Shown piece by piece: positions 19,059 through 29,549 of a DNA stretch of 64,000 bases. The position numbers and the translations under genes were made by a program. The stretch covers positions 128,001 to 192,000 of the forward strand of contig CAXWPL010000005.1 of NCBI GenBank assembly GCA_963666215.2, given 5' to 3'. Below the pieces are notes generated by a model, which searched no databases, had not been told where the DNA came from, and worked only from the letters and a program-made list of their open reading frames with translations. Source of the stretch: Acidobacteriota bacterium (GTDB lineage Bacteria; Acidobacteriota; UBA890; WLXD01). Every line of letters starts with the position of its first letter. Position 1 is the first letter of the stretch.

Positions 19059-19966
19059 CGACGACCCTCCCACAGCAGATATCGTGTATCGAAGACCGGC
19101 CCCTCGCGGCAGATCCGGCGGTAGCTCCAACTGCGTCCATAGCCGTCGGCCGCATCGACATGCGGTCGACCGGCCGTAGCACTGGCGGTGCCAGCGAGCC
19201 TGGTGTGCGCCGGCACGACACACGACAAACAAACGCCGATGCCGCAGGCCATCGGCGCTTCCAGGCTCACCTGGTGCGGCAAGCCATACTCCAGTGCCAG
19301 GCGGTCGACGGCATGCATCATGGGCGTGGGCCCACAGGAGTAGAGCCGCGCCCGTCCGCCGCGGGCTCGCAGGTTCTCCAGATGTGTCGCCAGCGGAGCG
19401 GTAACCAGGCCGTGATGGCCCACGGACCCGTCGTCGGTTGATCGCGTGACTGGAACCTCGAGGCTTTCGAAGTCCTCGGCGCAGAGCAGATGCTCGGCGG
19501 TGCGACCGCCGATGAAGGCGCTCATCGTGCACCCGGCAAGCTGCATGCGCTCTGCAAGAAAGGGAAAGGGGGCCGAGCCGACGCCACCCATGACGAAGAT
19601 GTGCTCGGTCGGGCTCTCGTCCGGATCGTCGCCCGCAACCAGGCTCTTTTTCGGGAAAACGAACGGCTGGCCAATCGGCCCGAGCACATCAACCGCGTCG
19701 CCGGCGCTCAACTGCGAAAGCAGCCTCGTGCCGCGCCCCATCACCTCCACGAGCAGCGAGAAACGCGTCGGCGCCCCGTCTTCCTCCCCGACCGCGTAGA
19801 ACGCCATGGGTCGGCGCAATAACGGATCGATGGTGTCGCTCACCGAGATCATCACGAACTGCCCGGGTAGTGCGGCGGCAGCGATCTCCGGACAGCGAAA
19901 ACTCAGGACGAAAGCGTACTGGGCCACCCAGCGGGTCGATTGAACCTGCAGCCTCCGATCCAACAT
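19055..19966 (-). CDS. pyrK: Dihydroorotate dehydrogenase electron-transfer subunit
   Basis: PGQFVM, LRRP, GGVGSAP, CGPTPMM and [12 protein letters not shown]...CREGPVF ([2Fe-2S] ligands). Confidence 0.93.
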   Translation of the reverse strand: MLDRRLQVQSTRWVAQYAFVLSFRCPEIAAAALPGQFVMISVSDTIDPLLRRPMAFYAVGEEDGAPTRFSLLVEVMGRGTRLLSQLSAGDAVDVLGPIGQPFVFPKKSLVAGDDPDESPTEHIFVMGGVGSAPFPFLAERMQLAGCTMSAFIGGRTAEHLLCAEDFESLEVPVTRSTDDGSVGHHGLVTAPLATHLENLRARGGRARLYSCGPTPMMHAVDRLALEYGLPHQVSLEAPMACGIGVCLSCVVPAHTRLAGTASATAGRPHVDAADGYGRSWSYRRICREGPVFDTRYLLWEGRR

Positions 19967-19973
19967 CCGCGCG

Positions 19974-19982
19974 ACACTAGCA
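19974..19982 (-). promoter_or_regulatory. Extended -10 element for a probably leaderless pyrK transcript
   Basis: TG-C-TAGTGT ends 7 nt before the ATG; no SD present. Confidence 0.5.
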
Positions 19983-20066
19983 TGGAACCATGGCGCCTCG
20001 ATGCCGCTGTCCGAGCATCTGTGGCGCGCCCCACCGAGGCCGAGCCGATACCCAACCGGGTCTCAG

Positions 20067-20094
20067 TTGACGGCGCCGTGTGGCGTGCTAGGCT
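20067..20094 (+). promoter_or_regulatory. Sigma70-type promoter of pyrRBCE
   Basis: TTGACG-16 nt-TAGGCT with TG extension, just upstream of the PyrR site. Confidence 0.65.
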
Positions 20095-20108
20095 GGCCCC
20101 GCTCGAAG

Positions 20109-20143
20109 CCTTTTAAGCTCCGGTCCGGTGAGACCAACAAGGG
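20109..20143 (+). promoter_or_regulatory. PyrR-binding RNA stem-loop (anti-antiterminator)
   Basis: CCUUUUAA...GGUCCGGUGAGACC...AAGG resembles the UUUAA plus ARUCCNGNGAGGYU PyrR-binding motif; directly upstream of pyrR. Confidence 0.85.
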
Positions 20144-20171
20144 TTATCGATATGAAATACGAACGCCTTTC

Positions 20172-20211
20172 GCCCCGCCCGACCGGTCGCCGATCGTGCG
20201 GGCTTTTTGTT
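20172..20211 (+). terminator. Attenuator terminator of the pyr leader
   Basis: GC hairpin CCCGC.CGA.CGG/CCG.UCG.GCGGG followed by C-UUUUUGUU. Confidence 0.75.
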
Positions 20212-20252
20212 GCCTGCAACCCCAGCGGGCCGCGCGCCGTCAGGAGCTCCCG

Positions 20253-20810
20253 ATGCGCCTGAAGGCCGTCATCATGGACGCGCGGCAGATCGATCGCGCG
20301 ATCTCGCGCATTGCGCACGAAATCGTCGAACACAACGGCACCCCCGATCTCTCGAAGCTCGCGATCGTCGGGATCCGCACGCGCGGCGTGCCGCTGGCCA
20401 CCCGGTTGATCACGAAGATTACGGAGTTCGAGGGAGTCACCGTGCCGAATGGCTCGGTGGACGTAACGCTGTACCGTGACGACCTTTCGCAGATCGCGCC
20501 CAACCCGGTCGTGCAAGAGACACAGTTGCCCTTCGATCTCGACGGCTTCGACGTTGTTCTCGTTGACGACGTCCTGTTCACCGGTCGCACGGTCCGCGCA
20601 GCGATGGACGCGCTGATGGACTTCGGGCGACCTCGTACAATCCAGCTCGCCGTCCTCGTCGATCGCGGGCATCGCGAGCTCCCGCTGCGTGCCGACTATG
20701 TGGGCAAGAACGTGCCGACATCTCTGCGCGAAGTCATCAAGGTGAGCTGCGAGCCGGTCGACGAGCGCGACGAGGTGGCGATCTACGAGGCCGACGATGC
20801 CGTCCGCTGA
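20253..20810 (+). CDS. pyrR: Bifunctional pyr attenuation regulator / uracil phosphoribosyltransferase
   Basis: [32 protein letters not shown] and [17 protein letters not shown]. Confidence 0.97.
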   Translation: MRLKAVIMDARQIDRAISRIAHEIVEHNGTPDLSKLAIVGIRTRGVPLATRLITKITEFEGVTVPNGSVDVTLYRDDLSQIAPNPVVQETQLPFDLDGFDVVLVDDVLFTGRTVRAAMDALMDFGRPRTIQLAVLVDRGHRELPLRADYVGKNVPTSLREVIKVSCEPVDERDEVAIYEADDAVR

Positions 20811-21792
20811 GCTCGCCGGACAGCAAACGCCATCAGTGACGCATGCCTTCGCTTGCAAGGACCTCATTGGTATCGAGCCGCTCAGCGTCGCGGACATCAC
20901 CGCAATTCTCGACACGGCCGTGAGCTTCAGGCGTGTTTCTGAGCGTCCCATCAAGAAGGTGCCGGCACTGCGTGGCAAGACGGTTGTTTGCCTGTTCTTC
21001 GAACCGTCGACGCGCACCCGCACCAGCTTCGAGATCGCCGGCAAGCGCTTGTCGGCCGACGTTCAGAGCATCAGCGCCGCGACAAGCAGCGTTGTCAAGG
21101 GCGAGACGTTGTTCGATACAGCGCGCAACATCGAAGCCATGCATCCCGACCTGCTGGTTCTGCGGCACTCATCCGCGGGAGCGGCCAAGTTGCTGGCGAA
21201 GCACTGCTCGGCCGCGGTGATCAACGCCGGGGACGGTGCCCACGAGCATCCGACGCAGGCGTTGCTCGACGCGCTGACGATCCGCGATCACAAGCAAACG
21301 TTCGAGGGCCTGCGCGTGGCGATCGTCGGCGACATCGCGCACAGCCGCGTGGCGCGGTCCAACATCCTCTGCCTGAGCAAGCTGGGCGTCCAGGTGGTGC
21401 TCGGCGCGCCGCCCACGTTGCTACCGGCCGGGATCGAAGATCTCCAGGACGGCCTCGAGGTTCACCACCGCCTCGAGCCCGCGATCGAAGGCGCCGACGT
21501 GGTGATGATGCTGCGCATTCAGGTGGAGCGCGGCGGCAGCATGAACATCCCGAGTCGTGCCGAGTACGCACGCCTGTACGGGCTCAACGCAACTCGGCTG
21601 GCCCTCGCAAAGCCCGACGCCATTGTCATGCACCCAGGCCCGATGAACCGCGGCGTCGAGATCACCTCGGAGATCGCTGACGGGCCCCGTTCTGTGATCC
21701 TCGAGCAGGTCGCCAACGGACTGGCGGTGCGTATGGCCGCCCTGTATCTCCTTTGTGGAGGGAATCCAGCGCATGTCGACACTGCTGCTTGA
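20797..21792 (+). CDS. pyrB: Aspartate carbamoyltransferase catalytic subunit
   Basis: [30 protein letters not shown] and [12 protein letters not shown]. Confidence 0.97.
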   Translation: MPSAELAGQQTPSVTHAFACKDLIGIEPLSVADITAILDTAVSFRRVSERPIKKVPALRGKTVVCLFFEPSTRTRTSFEIAGKRLSADVQSISAATSSVVKGETLFDTARNIEAMHPDLLVLRHSSAGAAKLLAKHCSAAVINAGDGAHEHPTQALLDALTIRDHKQTFEGLRVAIVGDIAHSRVARSNILCLSKLGVQVVLGAPPTLLPAGIEDLQDGLEVHHRLEPAIEGADVVMMLRIQVERGGSMNIPSRAEYARLYGLNATRLALAKPDAIVMHPGPMNRGVEITSEIADGPRSVILEQVANGLAVRMAALYLLCGGNPAHVDTAA

Positions 21793-23107
21793 GGGCGGCC
21801 GTCTGGTCGACCCGGTTAACGATCGGGATGAGGTCGTCGACCTGCTGATTGTCGATGGTCGGGTTGCCGAGATCGGCGGCGCATTGACCGCCCCCGAGGG
21901 CACCGAATCTGTGGACGTCTCGGGCAAGCTGGTGACGCCGGGCTTCATCGACATGCATGTGCACCTGCGGGAACCGGGTCGCGAGGACAAGGAAACCGTG
22001 GCCACCGGGACTCGTGCCGCGGCAGCCGGCGGCTTCACCGGAATCGCTTGCATGCCCAACACCAACCCCGTCAACGACCACCGCGCCGTAACGCAGTTGG
22101 TGATCGAGCGCGCACGGCAAGAAGGCGTTGTACCCGTGTACCCCATCGGCGCCGTCAGCGCCGGGCAGAAAGGTGAGGCGCTGGCCGAGATCGGCGATCT
22201 GGTCGACGCCGGCTGCGTGGCGGTTTCCGACGACGGCTACCCGGTGGCCACCAGTCAGCTCATGCGCAAGGCATTGGAGTACACCGGCATCTTCGGAATC
22301 CCGGTGATCGACCACTGCGAGGACTGCTCGATGACGGTCGGCGCGTCGATGCACGAGGGGTCGGTGGCGACCGCGCTCGGCGTGCGCGGCTGGCCGTCGG
22401 CCTCCGAAGAGATCGTCGTCGCTCGCGACCTGATGCTCGCCGAGCTCACGGCCGGAAAGCTGCACTTGGCGCATATGTCAACTGCGGGGTCGATGCGCCT
22501 CATCCGCGACGCCAAGGCACGCGGCCTGCGGGTGACCTGCGAGGTGATGCCGCACCATTTCGCACTCACCCACGAGGCCTGCCGCGAGTACGACACGAAC
22601 ACGAAGATGAATCCGCCGCTGCGCTCCGAAGACGACCGACAGGCGCTTCTCGAGGCAATCGCAGACGGCACCGTGGACGTCATCGCTACCGACCATGCGC
22701 CGCACCACGCCGACGAGAAAGCGCTGGAGTTCGACCGCGCGCCGTTCGGTATCGTCGGGCTCGAGACTGCCGTGCCGCTCGTCTGCACTCACCTGCTGTC
22801 GGAGCACATCGGCGTGCGCCGCATGGTCGAGTTGCTGGCGGTCAACCCCGCCCGTGTGCTCGGCTTGGACCGGAGCGACAATGGCGCAGGGGGTTTTCCG
22901 CGAGGCCTTGGCGATTTGGCGGTCGGCCGACGAGCCAACGTGACCGTGATCGACCTCGAGGCGCACCGCACGGTCGACGCCTCAAAATTCGAGAGCCTGT
23001 CGCGCAATACTCCGTTCGACGGCGTCGAGCTGACCGGTTGGCCGACGCTCACGGTTGTTGATGGCGAGATCGTCTGGCGCCATTCGCCCGAGCCCACGAG
23101 CCGATGA
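21773..23107 (+). CDS. pyrC: Dihydroorotase (type I)
   Basis: [30 protein letters not shown] and NTPF. Confidence 0.96.
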   Translation: MSTLLLEGGRLVDPVNDRDEVVDLLIVDGRVAEIGGALTAPEGTESVDVSGKLVTPGFIDMHVHLREPGREDKETVATGTRAAAAGGFTGIACMPNTNPVNDHRAVTQLVIERARQEGVVPVYPIGAVSAGQKGEALAEIGDLVDAGCVAVSDDGYPVATSQLMRKALEYTGIFGIPVIDHCEDCSMTVGASMHEGSVATALGVRGWPSASEEIVVARDLMLAELTAGKLHLAHMSTAGSMRLIRDAKARGLRVTCEVMPHHFALTHEACREYDTNTKMNPPLRSEDDRQALLEAIADGTVDVIATDHAPHHADEKALEFDRAPFGIVGLETAVPLVCTHLLSEHIGVRRMVELLAVNPARVLGLDRSDNGAGGFPRGLGDLAVGRRANVTVIDLEAHRTVDASKFESLSRNTPFDGVELTGWPTLTVVDGEIVWRHSPEPTSR

Positions 23108-23147
23108 ACCAACAAGCCGACTGCCGCGGAGAGCGGAAACCGACACG

Positions 23148-23738
23148 ATGAACCCGCGCGACGTCAAAGCCCGGCTACTCGAGCATCAAGCGCTGTTGAG
23201 TGGTCATTTCCAGCTTTCTTCCGGCAAGCATTCCAACCGCTACCTGCAGTGTGCCGTCGCGCTGCAGCACCCCGACACCGCCGCCGAGCTCGGCGGCGCG
23301 CTGGCGCGGCGGGTGCGCGGACGGCTCGGGTCGTCGCCCCACGTCGTCGTCTCGCCGGCGATGGGCGGGCTCATTATTGGACACGAGACAGGCCGCGCGC
23401 TGGGTACTCGCGCCTGCTTCACCGAGCGTATCGATGGAAAGATGGTGCTTCGTCGCGGCTTTCATTTGCAGCCTGGCGAGCGCGTGCTTCTGGTGGAGGA
23501 CGTGGTTACCACCGGACTGAGCAGCCGCGAAACGCTCGAGGTAATCCGCGCCGGCGGCGGAAAACCGGTGGCCGTGGGCTGCATAGCGAACCGGTCGCAA
23601 GGCTCGGAGGTCGACGGCTTGCCGCTGCTGTCGCTGCTCGACCTCGATGTTGAGGCCTGGAAGCCTGAACGCTGTCCACTGTGCGCCGACTCCGGCGGCG
23701 CTGGGCCCGCGATCAAGCCGGGCAGCCGGATCGTCTGA
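23148..23738 (+). CDS. pyrE: Orotate phosphoribosyltransferase
   Basis: GHFQLSSGKHS, PAMGG, VEDVVTTGLS and KPGSR. Confidence 0.95.
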   Translation: MNPRDVKARLLEHQALLSGHFQLSSGKHSNRYLQCAVALQHPDTAAELGGALARRVRGRLGSSPHVVVSPAMGGLIIGHETGRALGTRACFTERIDGKMVLRRGFHLQPGERVLLVEDVVTTGLSSRETLEVIRAGGGKPVAVGCIANRSQGSEVDGLPLLSLLDLDVEAWKPERCPLCADSGGAGPAIKPGSRIV

Positions 23739-23813
23739 CACAGCATCAGCCAGACTCGCGAAAGCGTCCGGCTGGCGAAACCACCGCGCGGCGGTACTCG
23801 GGCGGAGAGCGGC

Positions 23814-25763
23814 TCAGTGGCGCTTCAGACGCCGCGCGATCTCTTTCGCTTCCAGGCGGAGAAGCACCGGGCGGCCGTGCGGGCAACGCGTTGGCTCTTC
23901 ACATTCGGCGAGCTTTTCGATCAGGTAGTCGATGGCGTCGCGTCCCAGCGGCTGGTTCGCCCGAACCGCGGAGTGGCAGGCAACGGTTGCGGCGATGTTG
24001 TGCCGGTACTCGGCCAGGGCGTCGCCGGCACCCGAGTCGCCCGACGTGCCCGTCGTCCCCGTCTCCAGGCTTCCGAGCAACGCCCGCACTAGCGGCGCGG
24101 CGGGAGCACTACCCAGCACCTCTGGAACACCTCTGATCTTCCATGTGGCACCGCCGAAGGGCTCGATCTCGATGCCTGAACGGTGCAGTACCTCGAGATG
24201 CTCGGCCGCGGTCTCGGCCTCGGAGATCGAAAGCTCGACAGTCTCCGATACCAGCAAGCGCTGAACCAGAACAGCGGCCTCCTCCATCTGTCGCCGGACG
24301 CGCTCGAACAGGATGCGCTCGTGCGCCACATGCTGGTCGATGACGAGAAGCCCTATCTCGTCGGCAGCGAGGATATAGGTGTTGCGGTACTGGGCGATCG
24401 CGCGAATGGGTCCACGCGTGCCGCTGATGGCGCCACGAGTGTCCGCCGGCGCGGCGCCGGTTCCGGAGGTGGCCACGGTGTCCCACCGAGCACCCCTCTC
24501 AGACCCTGCGTCGTCGGCCGGCGGTGGCTCCATGGTTTCGGGAAGGCTCTTGAGCGCAGCGAGGTCCTCCGCGAACATCCCGCCGCCGGCGAAATCGCCA
24601 CCAAGGCGATGCAGATCCACTGGGCGCTCGCGGAGCGTCGACGTCAGCGGCAGTCGACCATCGATCTCCGTCCGCTGACTCGCGGGCGATGCCGACCCGT
24701 CGCGCTCTTGCTCTTGGTCTCCCCAATGACCCCGAAGACGGGGGGGCGGCAGCTGGTCGACAAGCGCGCCAGCGACTGCATTGTGCACCGCGCTGTAGGC
24801 ACGCCGCGGGTCGACGAACCGCACCTCGGCCTTGCGGGGATGAACGTTGACGTCGAGGTCCGTGGGCGGCAAATCGATGTGCAGCACGGCTACCGGAAAG
24901 CGGCCTCGATCCAGCGTGTGCCCATAGGCGGCAACCACGGCGTGCGCTAGGCGAGCGTCCTTCACCACGCGACCGTTGACGAACAGCCGCAGCCATAGGC
25001 GATTGGGGCGGGTGCACTCCGGGTCCGCCACGCCGCCTGTCACGCGCAGCGCCTCCCCACGGTTTGCCGGCGACGGATGCTTCCCCAGATCCAACGCCAG
25101 CCAGTGATCCGCGGCCTCGGGCCCCATGATCTGGTGAACGCGCTCGCGCAGATCCGACACCGGCGGTGCCTGCAGCCGCGTCCGACCGTCCTGCTCGAGA
25201 CTAAAGTGCACGTCGGTGCGCAAGAGGGCGAACTCCTCGACCACCCGCGCGATCTGGGTCAGCTCGGCGCTGGCGCTCTTGAGGTGCTTGGCACGCGCCG
25301 GCGTGTTGAAGAAGAGATCGCGTACCAACAAACGCGTGCCACGTGGGCTCGCGGCTACAGTCACGTGCGGCTGTCCACCGCCGTCGACCACCACTCGCGT
25401 GCCGGACCCGACGCCCGTGCTTGTAAGCAACTCGACGCGCGACACCGCCGCGACGCTCGCCAGAGCCTCGCCGCGAAAGCCCAGCGAGGCGATGCGGTCG
25501 AGATCATCGACCTCCGAGATCTTGCTCGTGGCATGCTGCACGAAGGCCATCGCGGCGTCGCTCGCCGGCATCCCGTCGCCGTCGTCAACCACTTCGATCA
25601 GACGGCGCCCGCCATCCTCCAGACGTACGGCGATCCTGAGCGCGCCCGCATCGAGCGAGTTCTCCATCAGCTCCTTGACGACGGACGCCGGCCGTTCGAC
25701 CACCTCGCCGGCGGCGATGCGATCGATAACGCGACGATCCAACAGGCGTATCGGGCGGCTCAC
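23814..25763 (-). CDS. mutL: DNA mismatch repair endonuclease MutL
   Basis: IAAGEVVERPASVVKEL, GFRGEAL, DVNVHP; endonuclease motifs DQHVAHERILFE, ACH and CPHGRP. Confidence 0.97.
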   Translation of the reverse strand: MSRPIRLLDRRVIDRIAAGEVVERPASVVKELMENSLDAGALRIAVRLEDGGRRLIEVVDDGDGMPASDAAMAFVQHATSKISEVDDLDRIASLGFRGEALASVAAVSRVELLTSTGVGSGTRVVVDGGGQPHVTVAASPRGTRLLVRDLFFNTPARAKHLKSASAELTQIARVVEEFALLRTDVHFSLEQDGRTRLQAPPVSDLRERVHQIMGPEAADHWLALDLGKHPSPANRGEALRVTGGVADPECTRPNRLWLRLFVNGRVVKDARLAHAVVAAYGHTLDRGRFPVAVLHIDLPPTDLDVNVHPRKAEVRFVDPRRAYSAVHNAVAGALVDQLPPPRLRGHWGDQEQERDGSASPASQRTEIDGRLPLTSTLRERPVDLHRLGGDFAGGGMFAEDLAALKSLPETMEPPPADDAGSERGARWDTVATSGTGAAPADTRGAISGTRGPIRAIAQYRNTYILAADEIGLLVIDQHVAHERILFERVRRQMEEAAVLVQRLLVSETVELSISEAETAAEHLEVLHRSGIEIEPFGGATWKIRGVPEVLGSAPAAPLVRALLGSLETGTTGTSGDSGAGDALAEYRHNIAATVACHSAVRANQPLGRDAIDYLIEKLAECEEPTRCPHGRPVLLRLEAKEIARRLKRH

Positions 25764-26641
25764 ACAGCCGATCCTATCTGGCGTCGCGGTTTCGCTTTTT
25801 CGACGCCTGCGGGTCTGCGGATCTTGCCCAGCTTGCGCAGCTGATCAATATAGCTGAGCGACCGAGGGATGCGGTCCAAGTGCCCGGCGATGAGGACGCG
25901 GTTGAGCTCGCCGAGTCCCTCGACGGCGCCACTGCTGACCCCGGCAGCGGCGACCTCGGTCGGACGCGCACGCGTCACTCGGCCCACGAGCTCGAGCGTC
26001 TGTGGCCGCACCAGCCGCGCCCCGGCGCCGTTCCCCCGCCCCCTCCTCTGTTGCGCCCCCGCCCGAGATGCTGCGTGCTCTCTTTCGATAGACCCCGCCC
26101 GACAGGAGCTTCCGATGAGCTCCAGGGTGGTCATCGAGATCCACGCCCTCGACCCCAGGGCTCGCCCGCACTCGCCGCAGGTGGCGAGATCGGGGTACAG
26201 CCCTGAAAGTCGCAGTAACCAGGTCTCGAAGTATCGCGCCGAGAGGCTGAGATCGACACCTTCTTCTACGGCATCGAGCACCACCCCCACGAGCCGGTAG
26301 ATCGCGGGTGTCGGATCGACCTCCACCGTGAAGCCCATCAGCAGCTCAGACACGTAGGCCGCGAACGCACCCGGCTCGAGGTCGGCCAGAACCTCGAAGT
26401 AGGACTTCTCGATGTCACACGTCGAGACTCGCCCCAGATCGTCCTTGTCTCGACGGAAGAAAACCAAGTGCGACCGCGTCATCGGCTCGAAAGCGCTGCC
26501 GAAGCGACTCCTGATGCGTCTCGCCGCCTTGGCGACGGCACGCACGCGGCCGAGCTCGAGCGTATAGAACTCGACAATCAGATCGGCTTCGCCGAGCGGA
26601 CGCGTCCGCAGCGCGTATGCCGAAGCGTTTCTGAGCGCCAT
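25760..26641 (-). CDS. recO: DNA repair protein RecO
   Basis: GEADLIV..T..GRVRAVAKAARRIRSRFG OB fold; CGECG Zn site; follows era and mgtE. Confidence 0.92.
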   Translation of the reverse strand: MALRNASAYALRTRPLGEADLIVEFYTLELGRVRAVAKAARRIRSRFGSAFEPMTRSHLVFFRRDKDDLGRVSTCDIEKSYFEVLADLEPGAFAAYVSELLMGFTVEVDPTPAIYRLVGVVLDAVEEGVDLSLSARYFETWLLRLSGLYPDLATCGECGRALGSRAWISMTTLELIGSSCRAGSIEREHAASRAGAQQRRGRGNGAGARLVRPQTLELVGRVTRARPTEVAAAGVSSGAVEGLGELNRVLIAGHLDRIPRSLSYIDQLRKLGKIRRPAGVEKAKPRRQIGSAV

Positions 26642-26655
26642 CGCAGATCAGAGCG

Positions 26656-28023
26656 TCAGAACAGCAGCGCCCTGGCGATGCTGAAGTAGACCATGATGCC
26701 CAGCACGTCCACCGATGTCGTAACGAACGGGCCTGTAGCGATTGCGGGGTCAACACCGAAGCGGCGCAACGCGATGGGTGTGGAAGCTCCCACGGTCGCC
26801 GCCAACGCCATCGAAGCGATCAGCGACAACGATCCCACGATGCCGATGCGCGGCTGGTCGGGATTCTGCAACGCCGCCACGGCTCCGAGCAGGACGCCGA
26901 AGATGACGCCAAGCGTCAACGAGACGCGGAGCTCACGGAGCACCGTCAGCCCCGCTTGGCCGGCGGCAAGTCGACCGGTAGCCAGCCCACGCACGACGAT
27001 CGTCGCCGCTTGAGTGCCAACGTTGCCTCCCATCCCGAGAATGATCGGAATATAGAGAGCGAGGATGAGGCTCTGCTGCAGCGTGGTCTGAAAGCTGTCG
27101 ATCACCTGGCTCGCCAGAATTCCCCCGATCCAGGCCGCAAACAACCACGGCAGCCGCAGCATGACGTTGCGTCGCAAGGGAGCGCTGAGTACCTCCTCCT
27201 CGTCCTCGCCGACGCCGGCCATGAGGAGGATGTCCTCGGTCTCCTCGTCGCGGATGATGTCGATGATGTCGTCGACCGTAATGATGCCGACGAGCTTGTT
27301 CTCGTCGTCGACAACCGGGACCGCCAGATAGTTGTAGCGCGCCACCAGCCGCGCGACTTCTTCCTGGTCGGTATGAACGTTGACCGACACCATTCGGGTG
27401 GCCATGAAGTCTTTGAGAAGCGTGGTGGGACTGCGAAGAAGCAGGTCGCGCAAGGAGCAAACGCCCACGAGATGACCGCGGTCATCGACCACGTACAGGT
27501 AGAACGCCATCTCGAGGTCTTCGGCGTTGGAACTGCGCAGGGCGTTGATCGCCTCTCCCACCGTCACGCCTTCCGCCAACGCGAAGACGTCGGTGCTCAT
27601 TACGCGGCCAGCGGTCTCTTCCTCGTAGGCGAGGAGATCTTCTACCTGCTCGTTGCCGGCCGCCTCGAGTTGCCTGAGCACCTGCTCGGCGACCTCGGCC
27701 GGTAGAGCCGAAACCAGGCCAGCGGCGTCGTCCGAAGCGAGCCCCGAGAGGATTCGCGCCATCTCGGCCGGAGATCGATCCTCCAGATACCCGAGTGCCT
27801 GCGCCGTTTCCATCTCGGCAAGGACCTCGCCAGCCCGCTTGGGCTCGCGCTCCAGAAGCAGCGAAAAAACGGAGTCCGACTCGCGATCGCTGAGCAGCTC
27901 GAGCAGCCGCACGATGTCGGCCGCGTGCAGCTTGGAGAGCAGGTTGGCGGCACGTGCGAACGCACCACGACGCAGAAGCCGCCGCAGCGGGTCGGTCATT
28001 ACCCCAATACGTTGACGGTGCAC
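26656..28023 (-). CDS. mgtE: Magnesium transporter MgtE
   Basis: N domain, CBS pair (AGRVM, LYVVD, GIITVDD), RLPWL, GGNVGTQ and DPAIATGPFVTTSVD. Confidence 0.96.
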   Translation of the reverse strand: MHRQRIGVMTDPLRRLLRRGAFARAANLLSKLHAADIVRLLELLSDRESDSVFSLLLEREPKRAGEVLAEMETAQALGYLEDRSPAEMARILSGLASDDAAGLVSALPAEVAEQVLRQLEAAGNEQVEDLLAYEEETAGRVMSTDVFALAEGVTVGEAINALRSSNAEDLEMAFYLYVVDDRGHLVGVCSLRDLLLRSPTTLLKDFMATRMVSVNVHTDQEEVARLVARYNYLAVPVVDDENKLVGIITVDDIIDIIRDEETEDILLMAGVGEDEEEVLSAPLRRNVMLRLPWLFAAWIGGILASQVIDSFQTTLQQSLILALYIPIILGMGGNVGTQAATIVVRGLATGRLAAGQAGLTVLRELRVSLTLGVIFGVLLGAVAALQNPDQPRIGIVGSLSLIASMALAATVGASTPIALRRFGVDPAIATGPFVTTSVDVLGIMVYFSIARALLF

Positions 28024-28039
28024 GAGGAGGCACCTCCTC
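28024..28039 (-). promoter_or_regulatory. Perfect hairpin covering the mgtE SD (GAGGAGG-TG-CCTCCTC)
   Basis: 7-nt inverted repeat directly adjacent to the GTG start. Confidence 0.55.
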
Positions 28040-28076
28040 CGGTCCGGAACTCGCCCGAAAACCGCGCTAACGCTAT

Positions 28077-29549
28077 CTAGTCTCGCGACCGAATCTCGAG
28101 CTCGTCGAGTAGCCGGGGCTGCTCACGCCAGCCGCTGTGCACCTTGACCCATAGATCCAGGTGCACGGGACTGCCAACGAGCTCGCTGATAGCCCTGCGG
28201 GCGGCGCTGCCGACGTTGCGCAGCATGCTGCCGCCCTTCCCAATGACGATGCCCTTCTGCGAGTTCTTGTCGACATAGATCGTAGCGCCGATCACGATCG
28301 CAGATGACCCCCGTGCCGTTTCCTGCTCCTGCCAACGATCGACGATAACGGCGGTCGTGTAGGGAAGCTCGTCCCGCGTGCGGTGCAACAGCTGCTCGCG
28401 GATCAGCTCGGCTGCCATAAAGCGCAGCGAGCGGTCGGTGAGCGCGTCCTCCGGGAAGAGCGACTCCCCCGGCTCCAGGAGGCCGAACAATGAGGTCAGG
28501 AGGGCGTCGCAGTTGTCTCCATCGAGAGCCGAAAGAGGAAAGATCTCCGCGAACTCATGTGCCCGCTGGTAGCGGTCGATAAGCGGCAGGAGCTGTTCCT
28601 TGGCAACTCGATCCACCTTGTTGAGCACAAGCACCACGGGGCACTCGACCGATGCGCAGAGCCCGAGGACGTACTCGACGCCGCGACCAGGCGGCTCGCT
28701 GATGTCGATCATCAACACCACCACGTCAACGTCTTCGAGGGCGTGCCGCGTCATCTCCATCATGCGGCGGTTCATTCGAAAATGAGGCCGGTGCACGCCG
28801 GGCGTGTCGACGAAGACGATCTGCCCCCGCGCTTCGGTGAGCACGCCTCGGATACGGTGGCGAGTCGTCTGTGGCTTGTCGGAAACGATCGACACCTTGT
28901 CGCCGACCAGACGATTGAGCAACGTCGACTTGCCGGCGTTGGGTCGACCAACGAACGCCACCATGCCGCTCTTTCCCTTCGCCGCTCCAGGGACACCCCG
29001 TGACGGTGCGGCAGCTTCGAGCGACGCAGGTTGGTCAGTGGTCGGTCTCAAACCAGAGGTGGCAGCGCCGGCAACGGCTGGCCGGAGCCTGCGTCCCAGC
29101 AACCGAGCGCTCAACCGTCGCTCGAGGCGACGCATCTCTCCGTCGTCGGTCTCGTGATCGAGCCCGAGAAGATGCAGCGTGCCGTGCATGGCGAGCACCA
29201 GTAGCTCGAAGTCGTACGGGTGGCCGAGGTGACGTGCCTGTCGCGCCGCCTGATCGGTACAGATGATGATGTCGCCCCAGTAGCCGTCGGCCTCCGAGAT
29301 CACATCGGGCGGGACAACTTCGTCGGCCTCGGCACTTCCCGAGGACGCGGGGAACGACAACACGTCCGTTGTCGCCGGATCGTCCATGAAGCGCTGGTGG
29401 TAGCCGCTCATCGCACGGTCGTCGACGAAAGCGAACCCCACTCCGCCGCGCTCGACGCCGAGCGCGGTGGCGGCGACGCTACGCACCTGGGCCAGTGCCG
29501 CAGAAGTCGGAATCGGACGCGACTGCAGGTTGCGCAGCGAGATGGTCAA
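28077..29549 (-). CDS. ybeY-era: Fused rRNA maturation RNase YbeY and GTPase Era
   Basis: One reading frame carries TTDVLSF, GDIIIC and HGTLHLLGLDH (YbeY), then GRPNAGKSTL, KPQTTR, DTPG, NKVD and GIVIGKGG KH (Era); TTG start overlaps the upstream stop (TTGA). Confidence 0.9.
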   Translation of the reverse strand: MTISLRNLQSRPIPTSAALAQVRSVAATALGVERGGVGFAFVDDRAMSGYHQRFMDDPATTDVLSFPASSGSAEADEVVPPDVISEADGYWGDIIICTDQAARQARHLGHPYDFELLVLAMHGTLHLLGLDHETDDGEMRRLERRLSARLLGRRLRPAVAGAATSGLRPTTDQPASLEAAAPSRGVPGAAKGKSGMVAFVGRPNAGKSTLLNRLVGDKVSIVSDKPQTTRHRIRGVLTEARGQIVFVDTPGVHRPHFRMNRRMMEMTRHALEDVDVVVLMIDISEPPGRGVEYVLGLCASVECPVVLVLNKVDRVAKEQLLPLIDRYQRAHEFAEIFPLSALDGDNCDALLTSLFGLLEPGESLFPEDALTDRSLRFMAAELIREQLLHRTRDELPYTTAVIVDRWQEQETARGSSAIVIGATIYVDKNSQKGIVIGKGGSMLRNVGSAARRAISELVGSPVHLDLWVKVHSGWREQPRLLDELEIRSRD

